A DNA stretch of 52,161 bases from an uncultured Thermoanaerobaculia bacterium (GTDB lineage Bacteria > Acidobacteriota > Thermoanaerobaculia > Multivoradales > JAHEKO01): NCBI GenBank assembly GCA_964469055.1, contig CAYXXN010000001.1, positions 1-52,161 on the forward strand, read 5' to 3'. The notes under the pieces were generated by a model. The model made no database searches. It worked only from the letters and a program-made list of their open reading frames with translations, and had not been told where the DNA came from. Positions 28,181 through 36,152 of this stretch are shown here, piece after piece. Position 1 is the stretch's first letter, and every line of letters begins with the position of its first letter. A program made the translations under genes and the position numbers.

Positions 28181-28996
28181 CTAGACCGGCACGCCGGTGG
28201 TCGCGGTCAGGTAGTAGGCCGTGATCTCGCCGATCAAGGCGCCGACCACCAGCACGTAGAGGATGCCCGTTGCCGACTGGTTCGATCGCCGCCGCGCGCA
28301 ATGGAGAGACATCAGGCCGAGGGCGAGCGGGATCGCCAAGCCCCACAGCAGGCGAAACCACAGGAACATGCCCTGTCCCTGGAAGCCGGCGATCAGCTCC
28401 CAGGGACGGGGCTCACCGGCCGCCTCCAGCCGCCAGGCGCCGAGCAGCGTCGCCCCCACGGTAAGACAGCGCAAACCGACGGCAGCCACCAGCGCCCAGC
28501 AGAACGTGACCAGGTGACGGAAGCTCAGGCGCGGCGCGACCAGGTACCAATGGCCCAGCAGCATCGTGACCAGTGCCCAGCCCAGCAGCGCCGCCGAGCT
28601 GAGCAGCGCCGCGACTCCGTAGGGTGACGCGAGCGCCGGCGCGGTCGCCGCACCGACCAGGTGACCGCCAGCGGCCAGCATTGCGGCGCCGCAGGTCGCG
28701 AGCGCCAGCAGGGCCGCCCCACGGGCCGCTCGCCAGCGCTCTCGCCACGCCGCGACCCAGTAGAGGAGCGAGCCGGCTCCTGCGGCCGCGAGGCCCCCCT
28801 CACCGGCCCAAGGCCGGTCCCCGAAGGGCTGGAAGGGGTGGAGCAGGACCAGCGCCCCTGCGAGACCCAATAGCGCGAGCACGATCAGGGCGTTCATCTG
28901 GAAGTAGCCGCGGCCCAGGTCCCGCTCCGGGATCCAGAAGAGAGTGGAGAGGACGCCCGCCGCCAGGGCGAGCAGGAAGAGGAAGAAGACGTGCAT
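28181..28996 (-). CDS. Hypothetical integral membrane protein (about 8 TM segments)
   Basis: 271 aa, eight hydrophobic stretches, conserved-looking LLGHWYLV motif. No family recognised. Lies 21 nt downstream of lptFG and 13 nt upstream of the Zn-ribbon gene. Confidence 0.5.
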   Translation of the reverse strand: MHVFFLFLLALAAGVLSTLFWIPERDLGRGYFQMNALIVLALLGLAGALVLLHPFQPFGDRPWAGEGGLAAAGAGSLLYWVAAWRERWRAARGAALLALATCGAAMLAAGGHLVGAATAPALASPYGVAALLSSAALLGWALVTMLLGHWYLVAPRLSFRHLVTFCWALVAAVGLRCLTVGATLLGAWRLEAAGEPRPWELIAGFQGQGMFLWFRLLWGLAIPLALGLMSLHCARRRSNQSATGILYVLVVGALIGEITAYYLTATTGVPV

Positions 28997-29017
28997 CTCG
29001 GTCCGGTCGCGGCGAGG

Positions 29018-31387
29018 CTACGTCTTGATGCCGAGGAAGAAGTACACCGAACAGAGCGCGAAGGCGACGTTCGGTGCCCACACGGCCGCCAAGGGCGGCA
29101 GCGCTCCCGCCTCGCCGAGGGTCGAGAAGAAGGCGAAGACGCCGAAGAAGACCATGCCGAGGATGACCCCCACGCCGACCCCGTAGAGGGCGCCGCGGCG
29201 ACCGAGTTGGAAGGAGAAGGGAAGCGCCACCAGTGCCATCACGAAGCACACGACGGGGAAGGCGATCTTCTTGTGGAGCGCGACCTCGAGCTGCGGCGCG
29301 CGCTGGCCGCTGCCCTCGACCTCGGTGATGTAGCTCGCGAGCTCCCGGTAGTTCATCCCCTCGGGCAGCTTGAGCTCGGATTCGAAGTACGCCGGCGTCT
29401 CCGGGTAATCGTCGATGACCGGCTCGCTGAAACGCCGGTATTCCAGCACCTGCCGCTGCTCGAAGCTGCGCACCCAGCCGTCCTCGAACACCCAGGCCTC
29501 GCCAGCGTACTCCGCGCGCTCGGCGTAGAGACGGCGGCTGATGCTGAAGTCCCCGGGCGCGAACTCGAACACCTGCAGGCGATCGAGCGCCTGGGCGTCG
29601 GCGTCGTAGCGCAGGTAGTTGTAGATGTAGCGGCCCTGACCGAAGAGCCACTGGCGGTCGGCGCGGCGGTAGGTGCGGGCGCCGCTGCGTCCATTGATCA
29701 CGTCCTTGAGCTTGGCCACTTTCTGGTTGGAGGCGGGAAGGACGCCCGCCGCCAGGCCCGCCGTCGACCCGGCCACCAGCAGCGCCGCCACCGCCGCCGG
29801 CACGGCGAGCCGGTAGAGGCTGACACCGAGGGACTTGGCGGCCACGACCTCGTTGCTGCGCGACAGCAGGCCGAACGTGACGAGGGTGGTCAAGAGCACC
29901 GCCACCGGCGCCACGTCGTAGAAGATCTGTAAGGCCGCGTACTTGTAGAAGTCCCACACGACCTCGCCACCGACCTGGTTCTGCAGCATGTCGTCCAAAC
30001 GCTCGGCCAAGTCGGCGACCACGGCCACGGTGACCAGGGAGAGCTGGACGAAGAGGAAGACCTTGAGGAACAAGATCAAGACGTAGCGGTCGAGCAGGTT
30101 CGGGAGCCGCCAGCCGAGGCGGGGGAGGCGGAGCACGAGGGCGCGGGCCCGCTGGCCCACGGCCTCGCCGCGGCGCCGCAGGGCCTCGACCTGCCGCGGC
30201 CGGGCCCTGGCCCTTGCGGATCGCGGCCGGCGCCGCCAACGCTCGAGCAGCGCGGCCAACAGGTGGCTGTCGCGATTGCGCCGCCAGAGGAAGGCGAGCC
30301 CGAGAGCAGCGAGGAGGAGGTTGGGGAGCCACATCGAGAGCGCGGGGTCGACGGTGCCGACGCGGGCCGCCTCCTCGCCGTTGGACAGGAACACCCAGTA
30401 GACGAGGATGACGGGAACGGAGAGCGCGAAGCCGGTCGAGCGGCCGCCGCCGCGGCGCAGCGTGTAGCCCAGCGGCAGCGCCAGGAGACCGAAGACGAGG
30501 CACGCCGCCGGGATGGCGAACTTCTTATGGATTTCGACCCGCGTCAGGTTGCGGAACTCCGGCGAGCGGTCCGGCTGGAAGCGGGCGGCGAGGAGCTCAC
30601 GGAGGCTCAGCTCGCGCAAGCTCTTCGAGATGGCGATGCGCTTCTCGCGCTCCTGGGTGAACTGCTCTTGCAGGGGGCGCTCGAGCCGTTCGTAGAGGGC
30701 GAGCTGGTACTGGGAGGGGTCCTCGAAATCGACCTTGTGGGTGACCGCGTTCTGCAGACGGAGGTTGAGGGTGTCCGCCTGGGGGTCGAACACCACCTCG
30801 CCCCACTCGGCGACGGTGACTTCGTTGACCCGCGACGGCAGATCCTCGGTCACGAAGACCCCGTGCCAGCGCGAATCCCCGGGGAGGCGATCGAAGACAT
30901 AGACGATCAAACCCTCCCACTCCTCGAAGAAGACGCGGGGCTCGACCTGCTGGGTGACGCCGCGCGTGAGGATGCGAAAGTTGAGGCGCTGGAAGGCGCT
31001 GTTGCCGGCCGGGAGGGCCCACAGCATCAAGGCGGTGTTGACGAGAGCGAGGAGCAGCGAGAGGGCGAAGATCGGCCGGTACAAGGTGAACAGGCTGAAG
31101 CCGGAGGCCCGCAGGGCGATCAGCTCGCTGTCGGCTGCCAGCCGCCCCACGGCGACGAGAACGGCGAAGAGGAACGCCATGGGGATCGTCAGGACGACGA
31201 TGTTCGGCAGGCTGAAGAGCACCATCAGGCCGACCTCGCGCACCGGGACATCCTGCTGGATGACCAGCCGCGTGAGGCGGAAGAGCAGGTTGAGCAAGAA
31301 TATGAAGGTGTAGACCAGGAAGCCGATGCCGAGCGGGCCGAGTGTCTCCGCCACCAGGTAGCGGTCGATGGTGCGGAGGAAGCGCAT
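29018..31387 (-). CDS. lptFG: Fused LPS export ABC permease LptF-LptG (two YjgP/YjgQ modules in one ORF)
   Basis: 789 aa uninterrupted. Residues 1-~375 begin MRFLRTIDRYLVAETLGPLGIGFLVYTFIFL.. (LptF-like). After an Arg-rich ~45-aa linker, a second module begins LPNLLDRYVLILFLKVFLFVQLSL.. (LptG-like). Each module has 3 TM + periplasmic beta-jellyroll + 3 TM. Confidence 0.8.
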   Translation of the reverse strand: MRFLRTIDRYLVAETLGPLGIGFLVYTFIFLLNLLFRLTRLVIQQDVPVREVGLMVLFSLPNIVVLTIPMAFLFAVLVAVGRLAADSELIALRASGFSLFTLYRPIFALSLLLALVNTALMLWALPAGNSAFQRLNFRILTRGVTQQVEPRVFFEEWEGLIVYVFDRLPGDSRWHGVFVTEDLPSRVNEVTVAEWGEVVFDPQADTLNLRLQNAVTHKVDFEDPSQYQLALYERLERPLQEQFTQEREKRIAISKSLRELSLRELLAARFQPDRSPEFRNLTRVEIHKKFAIPAACLVFGLLALPLGYTLRRGGGRSTGFALSVPVILVYWVFLSNGEEAARVGTVDPALSMWLPNLLLAALGLAFLWRRNRDSHLLAALLERWRRRPRSARARARPRQVEALRRRGEAVGQRARALVLRLPRLGWRLPNLLDRYVLILFLKVFLFVQLSLVTVAVVADLAERLDDMLQNQVGGEVVWDFYKYAALQIFYDVAPVAVLLTTLVTFGLLSRSNEVVAAKSLGVSLYRLAVPAAVAALLVAGSTAGLAAGVLPASNQKVAKLKDVINGRSGARTYRRADRQWLFGQGRYIYNYLRYDADAQALDRLQVFEFAPGDFSISRRLYAERAEYAGEAWVFEDGWVRSFEQRQVLEYRRFSEPVIDDYPETPAYFESELKLPEGMNYRELASYITEVEGSGQRAPQLEVALHKKIAFPVVCFVMALVALPFSFQLGRRGALYGVGVGVILGMVFFGVFAFFSTLGEAGALPPLAAVWAPNVAFALCSVYFFLGIKT

Positions 31388-31410
31388 CGGCGAGGGATCG
31401 AGGCGGCCGG

Positions 31411-31416
31411 ATTATA
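31411..31416 (-). promoter_or_regulatory. Candidate -10 box (TATAAT) upstream of lptFG
   Basis: Perfect TATAAT on the minus strand 23 nt upstream of ATG 31387. No convincing -35. Confidence 0.25.
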
Positions 31417-31461
31417 CGGACGGGGCCGGGGTCGCCGGGCGGCTTGGGTGCGTCCGATAAG

Positions 31462-31496
31462 ATACATTCTGTCAACCTACGGTTGACAGAATGTAT
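31462..31496. repeat. Perfect AT-rich inverted repeat (16-nt arms, 3-nt spacer) between parB and lptFG
   Basis: ATACATTCTGTCAACC-TAC-GGTTGACAGAATGTAT. The arms are about 38% GC in a roughly 70% GC context. Confidence 0.9.
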
Positions 31497-31583
31497 ATGG
31501 CACGTCGGCCATGGCTTCTCCGGGGTCTTCTACCCCGCTTCTGAGCTACGGGTGGTACGGCTAGAGACGGCCGGCGGTGGGGA

Positions 31584-32450
31584 TCAGTCCTTGGCGGACT
31601 TCACTTGCCGGAGGATGGCCTCGAGGGCGGCGATGAGGTCGCCGCGGTCGACGGCGCTTCTGCGGAAGCTCAGGGCGAGCTGGAAGGTCTTGTCGGGGGC
31701 TCGGAAGCGAAACACGTAGGGCTTGGCCTTGCCGCGCCGACCCTTGCCTTGCGGGGTGACGCGACGGTCGGCGGCTCGCAGGTCCTCCCGTGACAGGCCG
31801 CGCGCGGCGGCTTGTTCCAGGAGGCGGATCATCTCTGCCTCGCTGCTGGCCGCGCGGGCGATCTCGAGCAGCAGGGACTTGGAGTGGATACCGAGGGCCT
31901 CGACGACGTCCCGGGCTCGTGGTGGCATGCTCAAGAGGCGCAGGGTCTCGGTGACGGCGGTGCGCGAGCGGCCCACGGCGCCGGCGATGTCCTCGTGGGT
32001 GTAGCCGTAGCGGTCACCGAGCGCCTTGAAGCCGGCCGCCTCCTCGAACGGCGTGAGGTCCTTGCGCTGCAGGTTCTCGACCAGGGCGATCTCGAGGGCC
32101 TCCTCCTCGCTGACGTCCATGGCGATGACGGGCACCTCATGCAGGCCGGCGGCCAAGGCGGCGCGGTAGCGGCGCTCGCCGGAGATGATCCGGTAGCGTG
32201 GCCCGCCGGCGGCGTCCGGCAGGGGCCGCACGAGGATCGGCTCGAGGACCCCCTTGTTACGGATCGAAACCACCAGCTCCGAAAGGTCACCCATGCTCGC
32301 CCGCGGTTGCTCGGGATCCGGCTCGATCGCCGCTAGGGGCTCGAGGTGACCCACGGCCTGGCTGTGGCGGGCCGCCAACTCCTCGACGAAGTGGGCCTCG
32401 TGGCGCATCTTGACGCGCAGCGGCAGGCCGCGCTTGGCAGATTCAGACAC
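31584..32450 (-). CDS. parB: Chromosome partitioning protein ParB/Spo0J
   Basis: 288 aa. ..PILVRP......YRIISGERRYRAALAAG...VPVI.., HTH ..YTHEDIAGAVGRSRTAVTETLRLL.. GTG 32450 overlaps parA by 8 nt. Confidence 0.93.
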   Translation of the reverse strand: MSESAKRGLPLRVKMRHEAHFVEELAARHSQAVGHLEPLAAIEPDPEQPRASMGDLSELVVSIRNKGVLEPILVRPLPDAAGGPRYRIISGERRYRAALAAGLHEVPVIAMDVSEEEALEIALVENLQRKDLTPFEEAAGFKALGDRYGYTHEDIAGAVGRSRTAVTETLRLLSMPPRARDVVEALGIHSKSLLLEIARAASSEAEMIRLLEQAAARGLSREDLRAADRRVTPQGKGRRGKAKPYVFRFRAPDKTFQLALSFRRSAVDRGDLIAALEAILRQVKSAKD

Positions 32451-33201
32451 GACTCAGGATCTCCTCGGACAGCTTGTAGTACTCGAAGGCCCCCGTCGAG
32501 CGCGGCGCGAAGGTGAAGATCGACTCGCGGTAGGCGGGGCTTTCCTCCAGTCGAACGCTCTTGGTGATGACGGTGGCAAAGAGCTTCTCGCCGAAGACTC
32601 TCCCGACCTGCTCACGGATGTCCTTCGAGAGCAGCGTGCGCTTGTCGTAGAGGGTCAGGACGGCGCCGAGAATCTGCAGCTGGGGGTTGGCCCGCTGCTT
32701 GATCTTGTCGATCGTCTCCAGCAGATCGTCCGTGCCCTCGAGGGCGAAGTAGCTCGACTGGATGGGGATCAGGATGTGGCTCGCGGCCACCAGCGCGTTG
32801 ACGGTGATGATCCCCAGGGTCGGCGGCGTGTCGATGATGATGTAGTCGAAGCGGTCCGCGACCGAGCGCAGCTCGTCCTGCAGGCGGTAATAGCTGTCGA
32901 GCTCGCCCAGCAGCTTGGCCTCGATCTTGGCGAGGGCGATCGCGGAGGGGGCGATCGAGAGGTTGCGATGCCGCTCCGCCGGCACCAGGATGTCGGCCAG
33001 GTGCACGTCGGGCTCGACCAAGACGTCGTACACCGAGCGGGCGATCCCGTCGATCGGCAGGAACGACATGGTGCTGTTGGCCTGGGGGTCGAGATCGACG
33101 AGCAGGGTCTTCAGGCCCTTGTTCGCCAGCGCGGCCGCGACGTTGATGGCGGTCGTCGTCTTCCCCACCCCACCCTTCTGGTTCGCGATCGCGAGGATCA
33201 T
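32443..33201 (-). CDS. parA: Chromosome partitioning ATPase ParA/Soj
   Basis: 252 aa. Deviant Walker A MILAIANQKGGVGKTTTAINVAAALA, ..LLVDLDPQANST.., ..IIDTPP... Confidence 0.95.
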   Translation of the reverse strand: MILAIANQKGGVGKTTTAINVAAALANKGLKTLLVDLDPQANSTMSFLPIDGIARSVYDVLVEPDVHLADILVPAERHRNLSIAPSAIALAKIEAKLLGELDSYYRLQDELRSVADRFDYIIIDTPPTLGIITVNALVAASHILIPIQSSYFALEGTDDLLETIDKIKQRANPQLQILGAVLTLYDKRTLLSKDIREQVGRVFGEKLFATVITKSVRLEESPAYRESIFTFAPRSTGAFEYYKLSEEILSRV

Positions 33202-33212
33202 CGAGCGCCGGC

Positions 33213-33241
33213 AGTGTACGGGACGCTCCGTGCACGGTCAA
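33213..33241 (-). promoter_or_regulatory. Candidate promoter for parAB
   Basis: On the minus strand: TTGACC (33241-33236), 17-nt spacer, TACACT (33218-33213). Only 11 nt separate the -10 box from ATG 33201, implying a very short or absent leader. Confidence 0.4.
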
Positions 33242-33264
33242 GGCGCCGCGCCTCGACCGGCGCC

Positions 33265-33282
33265 ATGTCGGCGCGCCGACAT
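33265..33282. repeat. Perfect 18-bp palindrome upstream of the parA promoter
   Basis: ATGTCGGCG|CGCCGACAT. It lies 55 nt downstream of the BFN-gene stop and 24 nt upstream of the putative parA -35. Confidence 0.85.
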
Positions 33283-33337
33283 TCAAGCTAACTGTTTGAT
33301 CTCACGCAAGTTGAGCTGTGGAACGAGAGACAACTGC

Positions 33338-33874
33338 TCACATCGTGTACTTGCCCAAATCCTCGGGATCGATCTCCTCCAGCCATTTCTCCAGCCGTTC
33401 GGCGGCGCCCACCTTCTGCAGCAGGTCGACCGCCTCGGCCCGCTCGAGCACCGACTGGAGCACGAAGATCGGGGCGTCCGAGCGCAGGGCGAGGGCCAGG
33501 GCATCGCTGGGCCGCGAGTCCAGGGTCATCACCCGCTGATCCTCGCAGCGCAGGTGGACGACGGCGTAGAAGGTGTTGTCTTTGAGATCCGAGATCAGCA
33601 CCTTGTCCACCGAGGCACCCAGGCCGCGCACCGTGGCCTGCAGGAGATCGTGGGTCATCGGCCGAGGCGGCTCGATGCCTTCCATCCGCATGGCGATGGC
33701 GTTGGCTTCGAAGACGCCGATCCAGATCGGCAGGAACAGCTCGCGCGCCGGATCCCGCAGGATGACGATCGGCATATTGGAGGTGGGGTCGAGCATCAGA
33801 CCCTTGATCTCCATGCGGACCGCTTGCGCTTCGTCGCTCATGGTCGCCGGGTCGGTGAGCGGCGTTCGCTCCAA
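33338..33874 (-). CDS. Bifunctional nuclease (BFN/DUF151) family protein
   Basis: 178 aa. ..MEIKGLMLDPTSNMPIVILRD......LPIWIGVFEANAIA......PPRPMTHDLL........V..V.I.DL.DNTFYA.V.L.......LDSRPSDALALALR...PIFV.. matches the BFN domain. Start uncertain (ATG 33874 or internal Met). Confidence 0.8.
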   Translation of the reverse strand: MERTPLTDPATMSDEAQAVRMEIKGLMLDPTSNMPIVILRDPARELFLPIWIGVFEANAIAMRMEGIEPPRPMTHDLLQATVRGLGASVDKVLISDLKDNTFYAVVHLRCEDQRVMTLDSRPSDALALALRSDAPIFVLQSVLERAEAVDLLQKVGAAERLEKWLEEIDPEDLGKYTM

Positions 33875-33915
33875 CGACCCTCAACGGGGCATTGTGTGCC
33901 CCGCGCCGAGGCAGG

Positions 33916-35244
33916 TCAAGCGCGGCTCGCGGCGAGGCTGTGCGCCAGGGCCGATTCGATGCGCACGCGGGTCAGGGCGCCGGCCCGAGCCGGTGCCTCG
34001 CCGGACGGGAAGTTCACGACACGATGGCAGGCCGTGCGCCCGGCCTGCGTCGCCGGCGTGCGACCGGGACCGGTGACCAGGACCGGCAGCGTGCGGCCGA
34101 CGAGGGCCTCGTTTTCTTCGCGCTGGATGGGCTCTTGGGCGGCGAACAGGTCCTGCAGCCGCGCGGCGGCCACCTCCGCGGGGACGGTGGGCAGCGGCAG
34201 CCGAGGCGCCGCCGTGCCGGGGCGCGGCGAGTAACGGAAGGCGAAGATCATCGCGAAGCGCGCTCGGCGGACGAGCGCCAACGACTCCTCGAAGTCCGCC
34301 GCCGTCTCGCCGGGAAAGCCGACGATGAAGTCGGTCGAGATCGCGATCTCGGGGCGAGCGGCGCGCAGGCGCTCGATCAGCGTCAGGTACTCGGCCACGC
34401 CGTAGCCCCGTCCCATCGCGCGCAGCACTCGATCGGAGCCCGACTGTACCGGCAAGTGGAGGTACGGGCAGATGTTGGCGTGCCGGGCGAACTGCTCCAC
34501 CATGCGCTCCGTGAAGTCGCGCGGGTAGGAGGTGACGAACCGCAGCCGCTCGACTCCCGGAACCCGCGCCACGGCGTCGAGGAGATCCGCGAAGTCGAGC
34601 CCGGGCTGTTCCGGATCGCGCCAGTGGTTGACGGTTTGGCCGAGGAGCTCGATCTCGACGAAGCCATAGTCGACGAGATGCCGCACCTCGCGCAGGATCT
34701 CGGCGAGCGGCCGGCTGACCTCCGGGCCGCGCGTCGTCGGCACGATGCAGAAGGTGCATTTCTTGTTGCAGCCCTCGACCACGGTCACCATGCCCTTGTA
34801 GGCGCCGTCCCGGCAAATGGCGTCGAGGTCGTGGCGGCGTGCGGCCGAGAAGCCTGTGGCGACCGTGCGGCGGCCGGCGCGGCGGGCGGCGACGACCTCG
34901 AGCAACTCGCCGACCCGGGCGGTTCCGAGCACGAAGTCGAGGTCGGCCACCCGCTCCAAGGCGCGCTGTCCCTCCTGTTCGGCGACGCAGCCGCAGAGGC
35001 CGAGCAGCAGGTTCGGACGCTGGCGCTTGTGCCTTCGGTAGCGGCCGAGCTGGGAGTAGACCTTCTGCTCGGCCTTCTCTCGCACGCTGCAGGAATTGAG
35101 CAGGATGAGGTCGGCGGCGCTCGGATCCCGGGTCGGCAGCATCCCCTGCTGCATGAGCTGGCCGGCCATGCGCTGCGAGTCGAGCTCGTTCATCTGGCAG
35201 CCCCAGGTCTCGACGAAGAAGCGGCGCGGTGGGTTACCGATCAT
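33916..35244 (-). CDS. miaB: tRNA-2-methylthio-N6-dimethylallyladenosine synthase MiaB
   Basis: ATG 35244 gives MIGNPPRRFFVETWGCQMNELDS (UPF0004 domain). Radical-SAM CNKKCTFCIVP. TRAM-like C-terminus. 443 aa. Confidence 0.93.
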   Translation of the reverse strand: MIGNPPRRFFVETWGCQMNELDSQRMAGQLMQQGMLPTRDPSAADLILLNSCSVREKAEQKVYSQLGRYRRHKRQRPNLLLGLCGCVAEQEGQRALERVADLDFVLGTARVGELLEVVAARRAGRRTVATGFSAARRHDLDAICRDGAYKGMVTVVEGCNKKCTFCIVPTTRGPEVSRPLAEILREVRHLVDYGFVEIELLGQTVNHWRDPEQPGLDFADLLDAVARVPGVERLRFVTSYPRDFTERMVEQFARHANICPYLHLPVQSGSDRVLRAMGRGYGVAEYLTLIERLRAARPEIAISTDFIVGFPGETAADFEESLALVRRARFAMIFAFRYSPRPGTAAPRLPLPTVPAEVAAARLQDLFAAQEPIQREENEALVGRTLPVLVTGPGRTPATQAGRTACHRVVNFPSGEAPARAGALTRVRIESALAHSLAASRA

Positions 35245-36152
35245 CGCCGCTTCCCGTCGGGGTCCTCGGCTTCCACCGGCTCGCCGACGGTGTGCTCCGG
35301 CAGCTCTCCACCGCGCGGCGAGGCCGTGCTCGCCGGCTCGAGCTCGAGTCCCTCGCGCAGCCAGCCCGGCAGGGCCCCCGCCCGCCGTCCGTCTTCGAGG
35401 ATCAGTTGCAGGCTCTCGTGCTCGAACTCGGCGCTCTGGCGCGCCACCTCCAACTGTGCCAGAGCCCGATCCCACGCCGGCTTGATCTGTGAATCGCGAT
35501 AGAAGGGATCGTCGGTGGCGTAGAAGTCCCAGCGCAGCGCCGCCGCCGTGTCCTCGAGCTCGGCCAGCTGCTCGACGGCGGCGCGCCAGCGCAGTCGCGC
35601 GTCGCGCACCCGCCGCCGCCAGTAGAGCTCGGGGTCCGTCGCCGAGAGCGACAGCTCCTCCTCGCCGCCGGCCGGCGCCGGAGCGGCCTCGGCATCCCCT
35701 GGTGCGGCCTCGCTTTCTTCCTCGATCGCCGCCGCGGGGACGTTGGCCACGGTGATCTCGCCCCGTGCCGCCTGTTGCTTCAGGGTGGTGTCGGTGACCA
35801 CGCGGGTGGCGTGGCCTTCCCGCGCGGCACGCTCGGCGCGGGCCTTGAGCGAGGCCTCGTAGAGGGTCGGGGGTGGTTCGGCGGGCGCCGCCTCTCCCCC
35901 ACGCTTGATGACCACCTCTCCCGCCGGCGCCGCCGCCCCTGGCGGACTCGGCGGCGGTGCCGGCTCGGTCGGTACCGGGGCTTCGGGCGCCAGTGGCGTT
36001 GGCGCAGCCTCGACGATCGGCTCGGTCGCCGGCGCGGCGGCGGGCGGCGTCGCGGGCGCCGTCGGGCTCGCCGAGCGGCAGCCGAGCGCCAGAAAGAGGG
36101 CGAGCGTCGCCGCCGGCAGGGACCCGAGGCGCAGCCCGTCAGATGCGACCAT
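35241..36152 (-). CDS. Hypothetical Pro/Ala-rich lipoprotein
   Basis: ATG 36152 gives MVASDGLRLGSLPAATLALFLALGC (lipobox). A low-complexity PAPT-rich region is followed by a helical Arg/Trp-rich C-terminal domain. Stop overlaps the miaB start (ATGA). Confidence 0.5.
   Translation of the reverse strand: MVASDGLRLGSLPAATLALFLALGCRSASPTAPATPPAAAPATEPIVEAAPTPLAPEAPVPTEPAPPPSPPGAAAPAGEVVIKRGGEAAPAEPPPTLYEASLKARAERAAREGHATRVVTDTTLKQQAARGEITVANVPAAAIEEESEAAPGDAEAAPAPAGGEEELSLSATDPELYWRRRVRDARLRWRAAVEQLAELEDTAAALRWDFYATDDPFYRDSQIKPAWDRALAQLEVARQSAEFEHESLQLILEDGRRAGALPGWLREGLELEPASTASPRGGELPEHTVGEPVEAEDPDGKRR

Noticed and set aside
28800-30503. 567-aa minus-strand ORF overlapping lptFG and the 8-TM gene
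   Set aside because: Off-frame low-complexity translation. The lptFG frame has clear family features.
31498-31512. TGGCAC, resembling a sigma-54 -24 element, next to the palindrome
   Set aside because: The expected -12 TTGC five nt downstream is CCAT, and no plus-strand gene follows.
33283-33337. Slightly AT-richer patch near parA with a DnaA-box-like TGTGGAAC (33317-33324); possible oriC
   Set aside because: It is a single imperfect box. There is no cluster of boxes, no AT-rich unwinding element and no dnaA/dnaN nearby. The patch is partly the 3' end of the BFN gene.
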